A stretch of DNA of 64,000 nt from assembly GCA_036172245.1 (NCBI GenBank), contig JAYWIR010000027.1, positions 1,984,001 to 2,048,000 on the forward strand, given 5' to 3'. Made by a program: the position numbers and the translations under genes. Source of the DNA: Raillietiella orientalis (lineage: Eukaryota). How positions within the stretch are numbered: the first letter of the stretch is position 1; the number at the start of each line of letters is the position of its first letter. Below the pieces are notes generated by a model. The model did no database searches. It was not told the DNA's origin and saw nothing but the letters and a program-made list of their open reading frames with translations. This document shows positions 1 through 12,052 of this stretch, piece after piece.

Positions 1-264
1 CGGCCGGTCCGTCGTTCCGTCCGTCCGCCGCCGCCGGCCAGATTGAGAGGAGGAGAAGGAAGAGTCAGGCGCGCCCGTGCCCGGAGAAAAGGGGCCGCGC
101 AGAGAAATAAGGGGGGGGAGTCGTCGTCAGCTTTCACCCTCTTCCCCTCCCCATCCTCGAGAGCAGCAAGCTCCTCCGCCTCCTTTCCAAGAGTTGCTTT
201 GGTTTTCCAAGAGTTGCGCGGAGGTCACGTCTCCAGGGCGTGACCTCTGCGCGCGCCGCCGTAC

Positions 265-3200
265 CTCTTGATGGAGAGCGGCAGCTCCGAGATCTCCTTC
301 TCCAGTTGCACGTGCCGGAGCTGCATCATCCCCTTGTAATCGTTGATATCGGCCATGACGTTCACGGCTTTCCTCCTCTGCTGAACCTGCGTGTTCTCCA
401 GGCCCGTCTGCAAGACACCGGAGGAAGGTGTCAGCGCCGGGTGACGATCTCAGAAGGCGGAGGGGGGAGGTCTGCCGGGCCGCGTCGGAGGAGAGCTCCC
501 CCCCAGGAGGGGGAAGAGCAGACCCGCCTTTTCCGGGCGCTGCTGTGGCTGTCGGAAGGGGGGGGGGGGAACGGGGAAGGCGGATTTTCCTTTTCTTTCT
601 GGGACGTGGGGGAGGGGAGAAGGGGGGGAGTTCCTGGCTCTCCCGAGGAGGGGCGGCTCGCGGAAGCTGCTGCGGAGACGGGGATTTGCCGAGCTTCTAC
701 ACGTGGGGTGACCTGAGGTACCAGAGTGCAAGACGAGGGGGCGAGAGGAGAAGTGGGAGGAAGGGAGGGAGAGGAGGAGGAAAGAAGGTGGAGGTGGAAG
801 GGAAGAGGAAGAGGAGGAGAAAGGAGGAAAGGAAAAAAGGAGCTGCTGCAATGAGGCAATCCTAGAACCTCCGAGGCCGGAGGGGAAGGTCAGAGCGGAA
901 GGAGGCACTCCGGACCGTTCCGCTGCTTCCACCGCTTCCGGTTCCGCGGACCCCTCCTGGACGGGTGGTGCGAGGTTCCCCCGGGGACCTCCTCCCTCCA
1001 AGTGGAGTGGGATCGGAGAGTTGTCCCGTTGGTCTGCTGCTACTCACATTGTTGAACTTCTTCATGAAGGGCCTGGGGCTGATGTTGAACTTTGGCTGCA
1101 CGAGGAAGGTCTGCGCGCTGCTTTTCAGCAGCTCGTCGCTGGAGGAGGGGTTCCTGGCGATGAAGAAGAGCTCCCTGGAGTCCAGGTAGGCCTTGGTCTG
1201 TTCGCTGATGTGGAGGAACCTGGAAGACCAAGTCGGGAAGCGCCCCCGTCGACTCTCCGGGGAGTCGATCGCGCTCGCTTCCCCTTCTGAGGCTGCCGGG
1301 GGAGGAAGAAGGGGGACGAGCCGGTCCGCCGCGGTCGGGAGAGGGTCCTGCTCCTCCCGCTTCCCTCTCCGGGTCCTCCGCGGTCTCCGCGCCGCACCGC
1401 GCCGCAGTCATTACCCCGGGGATCCGGAAGACTCTAGGCGGCTCGCCATCTGGAAATCCTTGGACCACAGGTCGTGGTGCCACTTGCGGAGGCCGATGAC
1501 TCCGGAGAGGACGTTGCCCGTGTGGACGCCGATCCGCATGTCGATGTCCAGACGCAAGTTGTTCCTACGGCGGCGGCGACGGAGGAGGAGGAGGAGGAGG
1601 AGAAAAAAGGGGGAAGGGGGAGAGAAAAGGGAAGGGTAGCGTTCTAGCGGGGGGCGCCCCGGGGCTACTGACTGGACTTCCCGGATGATCTTGATCATGT
1701 CGATGCCCAGCTTGATGCAGTTCCTGGCGTGCTGCGCCACGGGTAGGGGCACGCCGCACACCGCGTAGTAGCTGTCGCCCACGATCTTGATGCGCCGGCA
1801 GCTGTTCTCCTGCGGGAAGGACGGAATGTCGTGTTGGAAACGACGGGATAGTCCTCCCCTTCAGGGACTATCCCCCCTTCCTCCCTTCCTTGCATTCTCA
1901 CGCCGCACCGCGCGCGCCGGCACAGGGAAGAGCAGGTTTTGAGAATCCCTTTCGGGGGTTGGCGAAATCTAGCGAGGGTCCCAGGGGGGGAGGACCGAGC
2001 TGCTGCTGTCGACTCCTCACGTCAGAGGGATGGGGCTTCGCTTTCTGCCATTACCCTCCCTCCTCTGATTCTCCCTCGCCCCGCTCCCCTTTCCTTCACT
2101 CGCCCGTCCACAACCCCAGGACTCACCTTGGCCGCCTTGTCAAACTTGCCGTACAAGGCGTTGAGCAGGTCAACCAGCTGCTTCGGCGTGAGAGTGGTGG
2201 TCAACCAGGTGAAGTTGACTATGTCCGCGCACAGGATGGTGACCCCCCGGAACCTCTCCACGTACAGAGCCTTGAAGGGCTTCCTGGAGAAGGAGGACTT
2301 CTGGTTCTCGTCGCACCGCCGGATGCAGTTGCGCACGTCCTGCAGGACCCGGTCGGAGATATGCTCGGGCAGGATGGCGGCCACCAGGTTCTCCTTGGGA
2401 GGTCAAGGGTGGGGGAGTGAGGCAGGGGTGGAAGGTTGGAGCAGGAGGGGGGAAGGAGAAGAGAAGGAGAAGAGAAGGAGGAGAGCAGCCCGGCGCACGC
2501 GGTCTGGCCGAACGAAATTTCCTTTCTCCTTCCCCTCCCCTCTCTTCTCGCGCTTCGCCGTCCCCTCCAGTTCCGCCCCCTCCGCTCGCGCTCGCTCAAG
2601 GCGCCATCACTGCCCTGCTCCCCTTCGCCCCGTCTTGCCTCTCACCTCCTTCTGCTTCTCGTACTGCAGCATCAGCGTGTTCTCTATGCAGATGCACTTG
2701 TTGACCAGGGAGATCCTCAGCGACAGCTCCCGCACCGAGCGCACGTGCATCCCAATGACGTTGGCCAGCAGGAAGAAGACGAAGTCCATGATCATCTAAA
2801 GGCGACACGGGGCCTGGGGTCTAAACCCGCTGGACTTCGGCCTCCGAGGGCCCTCTCTCTCACCTTGCGCGGCTGCCAGGGTTCGGGATACAGGAAGAAG
2901 TTGCACACGACGATCTCCAAGGCGGAGATGCAGGCCGCCGAGAGCAGGACGAAGAAGTCGCTCTTCAGAGGGAGGAGGATGTACGTGGCCTGGAACGCAA
3001 GGGTGAGGCGGAAAGCGCGCGTGGCCCTTCCTTCCTCCCGCCCAGACCCCAGCCCGCGGAAACACCCGGTTCTCCCGCCTGCCCACGACTGCCTGGCTGT
3101 GAAACGCTCACCATGATCAGCATGAAGCCGCGACTTACAAATGGTGAGTTGTGGCCGTCCATGGTGAAGGGCAGCAGGTGGCCCAACAGGAAGATGAGGA

Positions 3201-6200
3201 TGCTGAAGAAGGACACGATGGGGAAGGCGAGCGGTCTCTTCGTAAAGTGCTTTTCCTTGATCAGCGTGCACAGGAGGACGCTGAGGAAGGACTCGATCGC
3301 CAAAGAGGCGATCCTATACTTCATCTTAAACTCCGGGTCCTGCAAAACAACAAGGGGGAGTGGGAGAAAGTAGGAGGAACTGCTGCCAGGTAGGTGGGCA
3401 GGGAGAGGAAAGGGACCGGAAGGCGTCTGTGTCGTCAGAGGCTTCTGCGGAGCAAACGGGATCGCTGACTGTTCCTTCCGTGAAGTAGCTGAGCCTTTCG
3501 TCTCGAGGGAGGAGGGGTGGGGGCTGAAGGAAGGGAACCTCACAGAGAGAAAGAGGCCACCAAAGTGCAGCAAGGAAGACTACAACTTCGAGGCGGATGC
3601 TCTCCCGCCTGCGATAAGCAGAGGGAAGGTACGCAAGAAGGAAGGGAGGACGAAAAGTCATCGTTTGTCGTATGCGCTCCCAGGCACTCAGTAATGGCGG
3701 CAAGTACAGGGGGTGACTCGTCGTCTCTCGGCTGCTGCTCTAGCCTGGGGACCATGGTCCTCCTCCTCATCTTCCGTGAGGATGATGGCTCCTTTAGTCG
3801 AAGAGGGAGTCCTACTCTCAACGACCTCGTGTGTTGAGCAGGAAGGCAGGAAAAAAACAGGGAGAGACCCATTGTGTGGTTCCGCTAGTCGCTTTTTCGG
3901 CTTTGCGCATAAAGTGGACGGAGGGACTGTCGTGCATGCGCCCACAACCACCAAGTGAGTACATGGACGAACGCGTTCTCAAGCTGCAAGCCCTTCCATG
4001 GAGATTGAGTCCAGAGGCATGTAGCCGTGCCTGCGTGCATCTCACCGGCGCGACCTCCCTGGGAAGGCGATCACTGTCAGCACAACCGTTCCTCCAAGCA
4101 TCTGTCCTTGCGAACGATGGCTCCTCTCTGGCCTGGAGGAAGCTACTGCTGAGAGCAGGCAAGGGAATGATCTCTGAGCTCCTCCTCTTCTTGGTGCTGA
4201 GCGCCAATAAACCTCAGGGAGAAGATGCGAGCGGAGCAGAGGAGCGTCGGCATCGGAATACTGCTTTAATCTTCGGCCCATCTGCTTCACAATCCCTTTC
4301 CCTCCCAGTTCTGCCGATTCTATCCTTTAGTTTCCTTGGCTTGAGGAAGATAGCGTCCATGGTCACCCGGGAGAGAATGGGGCCTGCACCGCAAGATTCC
4401 GCAAGTTTCCATTCCTTTCGCCTTGCATTGCGCAGAAAGGACGCCGCCCAGGAACGAGCCGAGGTCGAAATTCGTCAGCGACAGGGGAACGTGCGAGCTC
4501 TGTAAGAGGCGGCGTGGCAAAAAGGAAACGCGTGGCGATGGATCCTAAGCAGTCACTCGAGGTTGAGACCGCAAAGACTTCACACAGCCTCCGTCACACT
4601 TCGGAGCGCCGTTTCAAGGCTTGAACTCAGCTACGCGTCTGCGAAAAACGGTGCTGAACAAAGTCGAAATCCGGCTGGTGGAAGGAAGCCAGGCTTTTTT
4701 GGGCAGGGACCGTTCCGGTTCTTTGATTCCTCATCTTGGAACCAGAGCCGCCTCCAGCCTTTTCAAGCTGTTAGCTTCTCTAAGTACACTAACGCTTCCC
4801 TTCATCTGTTACCCCTTCACGCCGTTAGCTCACGGCAGCACTCTCCCTGGTAGCAAAAGGAAACCGCCGCTTTGATGCTTCTTGGAAGAATAACCACTGG
4901 AAGAGAAGGGAGAGTCTCAAGGCTGCGGGCTAGCGGAACATATGGGAGAACTCCGATTGTTTTTTCAATACTTTGGGTATCTCATCACATGACTTCAAGC
5001 CTGTGTTCTTTAACCGGTTCCTCGCGACTTCTTTATCCGCCTATCCCCGTTCACTGTTTTTCCTCGCATAGGGAGGTATCCTTCTATCCTTCCTGTGCTG
5101 CTGCTATTTTTCACAGCTTCGCGTTCGCCTCATGCGAGGCTCCAAGTAGTTAGCTGTACCAACATGTGTAACCCTTGGTTGCCAAGTTATCTTCAATTCT
5201 ATTTACCATGCGAAGCTACCAGAAAGAACGGTTCTTGCGGAAGAACGGAAAGTTTCACTAGATTGCGCTAGATCTCCCAGTACTGCCACATTCGAGTCCT
5301 GGTTTATTCGAACATGCTGCCGGTCAGAATTGTTTTTTGGTGTTTTGGCTAAAATCAAAGTATAGTAGGAGTATGATGGAAATCCTTTGGGTTCTATTTC
5401 TGTCTTGGCTGTTTTCCTTCCAGCTTTTTTTTTTTTTCTAGTTTTGTTTTTTTTGGTTCGCTAAGTATCTCAAGAGCCGTAGCGTGTCTCGCGACTTGCA
5501 GCTCTTTAACACTGTTTCCACGCCACCCGAGGGTGTGTGTAATTCCTCAAGATAGTGGGTACCCCGGGAGGGATCCGCTCTATGAATCCAGGAAGGGAAC
5601 GGAGTCCGTTCCTCTCACGTCTGGGGAGGGGTCACTGGAATGGGGAGCACCTCCACCCAGGTTGTCTCCGAAGGGAACCCCGAAGAAAATCTTCCTTATT
5701 CTCTCCGTAGGAACCCCGGAGTAGTCCGCTCTATTCTTCTTCTCCGAAGGGAAACGGACAGGATCCGCTAGTAGGAATTTCTTCTCCAGAGGAAACTCGC
5801 AAGCAAACCTCTCCCGTTTACTCCTCTGAAGAGAACTCCGAAGGGACGTTTCCGAAATTCAGAAAGGCACTGCTTCCCTAAAGGGATCGGCTCGCTTCTT
5901 TAGACTCTCTGGAGAGGTGGCTACACATCTACTCCATCAGTGCGCCGCGGAATGTCCCCCACACTGGGGTGTCCTCTCTGCTTTGCAGAACCAGAGGGCC
6001 AATCCCCACTCCTTGATACCTGGAAGGACCTGAAAGTCGACTCCCACTGTTACGGCCTCATCGGGGGCATCCGGTTTGAACCGCTACCAGTGCCGCACCC
6101 GAAGGAATGTAGGCCAGCCAGCGTCATCTTGCAGGAGTAACTCGAACCCACGACGCACTGCGTCGATTTCTTTCAGAGTATTCGAACCCGCGAAGCATGG

Positions 6201-9200
6201 TACCCCGCGCAGAGTCCGTAACCAAAAAGCCTCCAACGCGGGCAGTAGGAGTAGGGGTAGGAGTAGCAGAGTTCTTGCTGGAAATCGCCAAACGCACGGC
6301 CACCAAAACCTGCATCGCGCGTGAATTATGCTCTCGGGAAGCAAGCATGCGTCTCATTCTTCTTTGCTTTTACCCTTGCTCCAACTGTCGACACGGGATG
6401 GTGTTCAGGGAGAAAGCCAATCTTTGGGAACTCTCCATCACTCTCTGCCCTGTCACTAGTACCGTTTCTCAGAAAGAGCGGAAGATTTCATTTCCAGACC
6501 AGGAGAAGAGCAGCCTGCCTTATCCGTGTTTCAGAGCTAGCAAAACCTCAGGCAGTTGGTCTCCCGATGTTTGCGCTGCGGGATCTGCAGGAACTTCCCT
6601 CCACAGCTCCTGAGGAGGAACAAAGGACTTCTGGGCAGCGGAATAGAGCCACCCTCCTTCTTTTCCCTATATCTTTTTCTTTGATGATCACTCTTTCATT
6701 TCCACCGTCACACTTCACAGATTAGATACATCCTCAATTGCCTCCACACAAAGGACTCGGAAAAGGACTGGCTTCCACAAGGGAAATAAGTTGCAGACGG
6801 GACAGATCTCCAAAAGGAGTGTGGAGGGAATGTAAGAGAGACCTCGTCGCAAACGTGAGCTCCAGAAAGGAACCTGGGAAACCACCTGATAAGCGTTAAC
6901 GTTTGCTGGATGGGATTTTCTGAAAGTGAGTCCGATTTTCCTCGCTGATGCGTCTCCTCAGGGAGCGCTCTCAGAAACATCAAAGAGAAGCAAACAACTG
7001 TGGATAGAGATCTGCCCCCAGGAAAGCATTGTCCAAGAAACCCTCCGGCTTCCAGTAGAGCGGCTCTCGTCCATCCCCTTTGAGCGGAGGAGGGAGAGCA
7101 CTCCTCCTGTCATTGGTAGCAGCGGAGAGGGAGAGTAGGAAGCGTCCTTTCTCGTTTACAGATCGCGCTCGCGTCCTTCACAACGGGTCATTGCTGGTGT
7201 TCGTTCCCTGCACCTTGGGTTCTGGGCTCATCTCTTTCATTCTCCTCCTCGAGTGCTTCTGAGGTTTACATCCCCTCCCCCCACTTTCGACCAATTGCTC
7301 GTCCTTCCTGCGTGAGCATGTGTGCGTTTTTCAAGAGGATGCAGCATCTGCCGGATGATGCCTAAGCTTTCCTCTTTTGAGAGCTATGTGGATAAAAAAA
7401 GGGTTCTACGACGAATATGCAACCGGCGGAGATAACCGAGGAAACACGAGAACTGGCGTTTTCTGACTACCTCGTCCGTGGGTCTCGACGTAAGCGGCGC
7501 CTTCTTGTTGGTCGGAAGGACAATACCAAAGTCAAACCCACCAGAAACACAAAACGGGTGACAGTGTGCTACATTTCTTCCTCTTCTTTTTGTTGCCTCA
7601 GGGAAGCAGGGGAGAAGAGGTAGACAGGAGAATCGCCTCTGACCAGGCTGCAGCGAGGTGTTGTTTGAAAACTCTGCTCGGCCAGCGCATCAACTGGGCA
7701 GGAAGGGGAAAGTGAGCGAAAGTGACCTAGGACAGTATGCGATGAGTTCCAGGGCAGTCAGAACACTTCTAGAGCATCGAGAGAACCTCTCTTGGTTGCC
7801 CTTTTCTTCTGTCGGCTCCGGGAGCGAGCCGGGTACAGATTACCACGTGGAAGTGCATCATCGTCTTCCTGGGCAAGGAGACGAGTAGACGGAAACGACC
7901 ACAGAAGGGAAAGAGATCATGTCGCCTCCTCCGCTTGCAACGCCTCCTTTGACTAGAAATTGTTTCCAGGAAAGGCGACCCCATGAGGAGGATGGGACCA
8001 CCCTTCCGAGTAGTCTCGGCCCAAGCGTTCTCCCAGAGGGAATCGAATGGCGGATACAACTTCTGAGGAATAAGACTCCTATCTCACCAAGAAGATTTCC
8101 CCTTCCTTGTGGGGCTCCCGCGTAGGATTCGTCCTGGACCGGTTCTCCTCCGCAAACAAGAAGCTTCCCGGAGGAGGCCGGTTTCCGGGTGTAGCAGAGG
8201 AAAGAAGGGTAATGCACTTCGGGGAGCGCCGACGCGAAGGCTCGCAGGAACACTGTGCCCCTGGCAAGTGCACCACAAGTCCGTAAAGCCGCAAGTTCAT
8301 AAAGGAGGAGAAAAGCGACGACAGAGAGCGCATGCGTTCTCCCAGAGAGAGGAGCTCCTGACTTGTTATGCAAAGTTTCGTGTGCTCGCGCACTATCCCT
8401 TCACCTGCCATTCCGCAGAGCTGCGTGGTGCTCTTTCCAGTCACGCAGCGTTTTCATTTCTTCCCGTCATCTCTCGTCACTCCAGAGAAGCGTACCGGGG
8501 GGTGGCCGGCCCGGGACAGGACTGTGGACTCCGGTCCAGCGATAAGGGGGAAGATGCCAGACGAAACCGAGAGCGAAGCGACTGTGAAACGGAGAGAAGT
8601 GTACAGCACCGCGTACCGACACATCTGTTGCTCCAGAGATCCTCTGCAAGGTACTCTGCCTGAAAGAACGCGGCTATTTACCTGGTGGATATATGCATTA
8701 CTGCTCCGGGCAGCACCGCGGTGACCGTACACGATGCTTGCCTTTTATCAGCGTTTATCTTATCAGCGGCGATATGCAGCCGCTTCGTCCCTCTCCAGTT
8801 GCTTCAGAGCGATGTATGGAAACAAATACTGGCACAAAACTCCTTGAGATTGCCAATATCACTCGACAAACGTACACCGGCCGCCACTCATGCTTGGTAT
8901 GCACTACTACTGCATCCGTTACGCATTATCGCTTTGCTCCTTTGTTTCCATCCTTCCTTGATCGCATTTGCTTGGAACTCGAAATTCGGAAGTACCTTCA
9001 ATTCCGCTCCTACTCCGACGTGTTTCCATCTGGATTTTTCTGGTGTGGTTCGTACCGCTCTCACTTTAGCACTGCATTAGTCGTTGACATCAATGAAAAC
9101 GCTTCGGATTTTTGTTTTCAAAAATGACGGAAACAAGGAAATCGATGTCTGATTGTCATCGCTAACTTTTCTCTCTCTACCAGCTGTTTCGTGTTGCTCG

Positions 9201-12052
9201 GGTTCGGGAAGGTTCACAGAGCACGATTCCCGTCCTCACTAGGAGGCATCAGCTGTTCCATGTGCTGGTTCGCACCAACACGTGGAACAGCTGATGCCTT
9301 CTGCCTTCTTCCCTCTCCATCTCCGTCGGTCACCACGGTATCATGCTTCGACAGCTCGAGTTCAACTGAGATTCTGTGAATGTTGCGTGGTACCAAAAAG
9401 CTTACCGAAGAAAGCCAAGAGAAACAGAAACAGGATGTAAAGAGTAGTTCACGGAAAGGGGGAGACATATGTCCGTCCTTGCCAGAGGAGAGGGAAGATC
9501 GCGTCTGCGGATTTATCAATCGCAACGATCACGAAGAGATCAAGACCATGCTTTTCCCAGTAGCCATTTGGGGAGCACGGACCACAAATTCGGTGATAGC
9601 AGGGTTAAAAAGGCACCGATCGATATTTTAATGAGTGTTCACAAGGTACCACCATCCGGTTCTCAGTTAGATCAGGAAAGAAGGGATGCGCTTGCTGTTC
9701 TACTCACACATCAGACAGCAATCGTTGCTTGATTTTCTCTTTCTTCTCTTTGATAAAAGTTTGGCATCGGGAATCACAGACCTACGGAACCAAGTGATCA
9801 CCACGCATTTGCGGCTAACTGAGGACATGCAAATACCCCTGTTCGCATATACGGTCTTAGCAGTGGACCTGAAGCAAAGGCCGATGGGCACAAGTCTTCT
9901 GGATGAAGAGCATCAAGGCTTATCCAGATGAGCATGATACACTAAGTCATTGAGCAGCCTGTGAACCAGGGTGGGGAATATGGGATCTCTAATTTGGCGC
10001 CTGCCTCCGGCACCCGTAGGCTATCTCGAAGTTTGACAATATATGGATGCTCTTCCTTTGGACCCAATTGTTCCCTGCGACTTCCCGAACATATCCTTAC
10101 AGGAGAGCGCGCTTGTTGAAGGGCGTGCCTGCGCATACCTCATTTTACAACCAAAATCTCGAGATCCACCTCTGATACAGAGTGTGCATACCATGGGGAA
10201 GCACTGTCTAAGCTATCGTGACGACGTGCAGCATGCCGCACGGAACTTTGTCAAAAAATAAACGAATAAATTCCATCCATCTCCCAAGGCATCATTTAGG
10301 TGCCTTCGGAAATCAGGGCCGTTAGGCGGAGAAAAAAAGGCGCCGAGGTCCCTGCTCTCCAGGAGCGTAGCGGCCGAAAGACCCCCCTGCCATCCATGAG
10401 CAGCCGCCAACTCAGTGAAACTCCGTCGCTACTGCTGGCACAGAGACGGCGGACGCTTTACGAGAGGTGCCGATGCTCACAAGAACACTTAGGACTCGCG
10501 AAACATGCAACCTCTCTCAATCCATGTGGGACCGGGCATCGACAACTCAAGACCAGAGGTCGACGCGCTACTTCGCCTACTTTTCCGTTCCTCTCACACT
10601 TGGGAAGGGACCTCCCCAGATGGGTGGGATCGCACCTCCCACCCTGGTTGTCTCCGAAGGGGAACCCCGAAGGGAATCTCCTTCCTCATTCTCTCCGGAG
10701 GGACACCCCCCAATGGGAAGAGACTGCCCCCTCCATTTCAACTTCTCCGAAGGGAACCCGGAAAGGATCCGCTAGTAGGAATTTCTCCTCCGGAGGGAAC
10801 CTGCAAGGGCACCGCTCCTGTTCACTCCTCTGAAGAGAACCCCGAAGGGACGCTTCCGAAACTCACAAGGTAGGTGCGCGAGAGAAGCGTTTCGTTCCTC
10901 ACCTGGCAGGTGACTAACAGGAGTATCATGCTAACGATGTCGAAAGCAGTGCAGACGATCAGGTAGACCTGCAGGAAGGCGAACTGCACCCGCATCTGGT
11001 AGTAAGAGAACAAGTCTTCCAGGTCCTTCCTCCTGAGCAAATCCTGCGGTTAGAAGAGTGAACGCCATGAGAGGAGTTTCCAGCGCCCACGGAACCCCCT
11101 GACACCCTGCCTGCTTGAGAAGGCCTTTCGCGCACGAGGAGCAGGAGCCGCCGGCAAGCACACGCGTTTTGAGCTTCCCACATTCTCCCAGATACCGCCG
11201 TCTTCTGGGGCGCTTGATCAAAAGTGAACATCCCCCCGAATGAAAATGCTCTTCGCTTCGTTGTCAGTGAGCATGATACGAAAAGCACGCCTACGCCTAG
11301 GTCATAGGTGCCAACAAGCTTTTGAGTGGAAGACCCATGACCTATCGACCAATCTAGGAAGCAGGCAAACGAAATAGGAAGGACAGAGAGGTGCGAAAAA
11401 AGAGTGGACCAGAAAGGGAGGCGGAGGTGATAAACGTTGTACTGCTAGAGGGTCTCTCCGGAAGAGGCCATGCCTTGCCTCCACGACCTTCGTCCCCCCG
11501 AACCTTCTTCGGGTCAGGCGGCGGATCCCTTAAGACGCTCGATGCTGATCTTCGCTTCCTTTCGCAGCTGATCCCGTCCCCGAGGAGAGCACAAGTCCTC
11601 ATTAACCCATCATCGCGGCCGACACAGTGCGAGCCCTGCAGTCCTTCTTGCTCCTCATTCAAGATGTCTTCGAGAGCGATTCAGGCAGAAGGACGTAGAA
11701 AGCAAAAGCAAAAGCTTCGCGCCTCCCCCTCCTGCTCCTCATCGATTCCGCCTAGCACCTTGCTCTGCGTGCTATCCACGAAGCACTCTTTGAAAGGACC
11801 CCTGAAATGAGGCTCGATGAGTGCACCGTGAGACGGCGCGGCGGAGGACGGACGGGCACTTCGAGAAAACATTCCTTCGGAGAGCACGCGCACGCCTCGC
11901 CCGGCGCCATGTACTACCTTGAGGCTGCTCCGCGAATGGTCCTCTTCATCTGCGAGCTCCTGGATGTCCATCTCGAGCTGTGTGGTGGACCTCTTGGCTC
12001 TTCGCAGACCTTCCTGGGTGAAGAGCTCCAGACGGTAACTCTGGTTCCTCAT
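265..12052 (-). CDS. ADCY: Membrane-bound adenylyl cyclase (class III), N-terminal half: N-terminus, M1 six-TM block, C1a catalytic domain, start of C1b; continues off the left edge
   Basis: Phase-consistent GT-AG exons on minus: 11918-12052 (MRNQSYRLELF..., least certain), 10903-11043, 3112-3339, 2864-2989, 2646-2795, 2127-2393, 1673-1809, 1415-1564, 1048-1219, 265-407. Six hydrophobic segments, then C1a motifs VTILCADIVNFT, RIKIVGDSYYAVCG, DMRIGVHTGNVLSGVIGLRKW..DLWS and SGSPGFLHISEQT. Both metal-binding Asp residues are retained. Confidence 0.93.
5543..6240 (-). mobile_element. tRNA-derived SINE, near full-length copy (in adenylyl cyclase intron 2)
   Basis: Minus-strand head ggaggctttttggttacggactctgcgcggggtaccatgcttcgcgggttcgaatac aligns with the head of the 14478 copy. 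Shared body motifs gaatccaggaaggg, ggagtccgttcctctcac, ggatccgctagtaggaatttc, ctctgaagagaac, gtcgactccc. Confidence 0.8.
9500..10250 (-). mobile_element. Possible highly decayed non-LTR retrotransposon remnant (I/Jockey-like)
   Basis: Broken minus-strand frames give EIPYSPPW and LRTG-like peptides in the order seen in I-group ORF2 C-termini. Many stops; weak support. Confidence 0.25.
10582..10866 (-). mobile_element. SINE, headless fragment
   Basis: Close match to the body of the 5543 and 55312 copies (ccgttcctctcac...caccctggttgtctccgaagggg...ggatccgctagtaggaatttc...gggacgcttccgaaactc). Ends about 35 nt from the splice donor at 10902. Confidence 0.8.

Noticed and set aside
735..845. Purine-rich (GGA/GA) tracts, also 1580-1635 and 2440-2485
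   Set aside because: Low-complexity intronic sequence (pyrimidine-rich on the cyclase sense strand). It produces the poly-Arg/Pro/Ser pseudo-ORFs and is not coding.
3540..4505. ORFs in the large cyclase intron as a nested gene or alternative exons
   Set aside because: No recognisable domain and no phase-consistent exon chain; the flanking cyclase exons already join in phase 0.
5660..5900. Recurrent ccgaaggg units suggesting a CRISPR-like array
   Set aside because: Units are degenerate, the intervening sequences recur in every dispersed copy, the context is eukaryotic and there are no cas genes.
8693..9127. ORF with Ig-like 'LEIANITRQTYTGRHSC'
   Set aside because: Single partial motif, no matching B-strand Cys/Trp pattern and no supporting exons; probably chance.
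10830..10866. Hammerhead-ribozyme-like CTGAAGA...CGAAA in the SINE body (also near 5826, 14912 and 55562)
   Set aside because: No stem III/UH cleavage site can be formed, and GAAA is absent in the 27.6 kb and 40.4 kb copies. The motif is a variant of the internal subrepeat. An Infernal search with hammerhead models would settle it.
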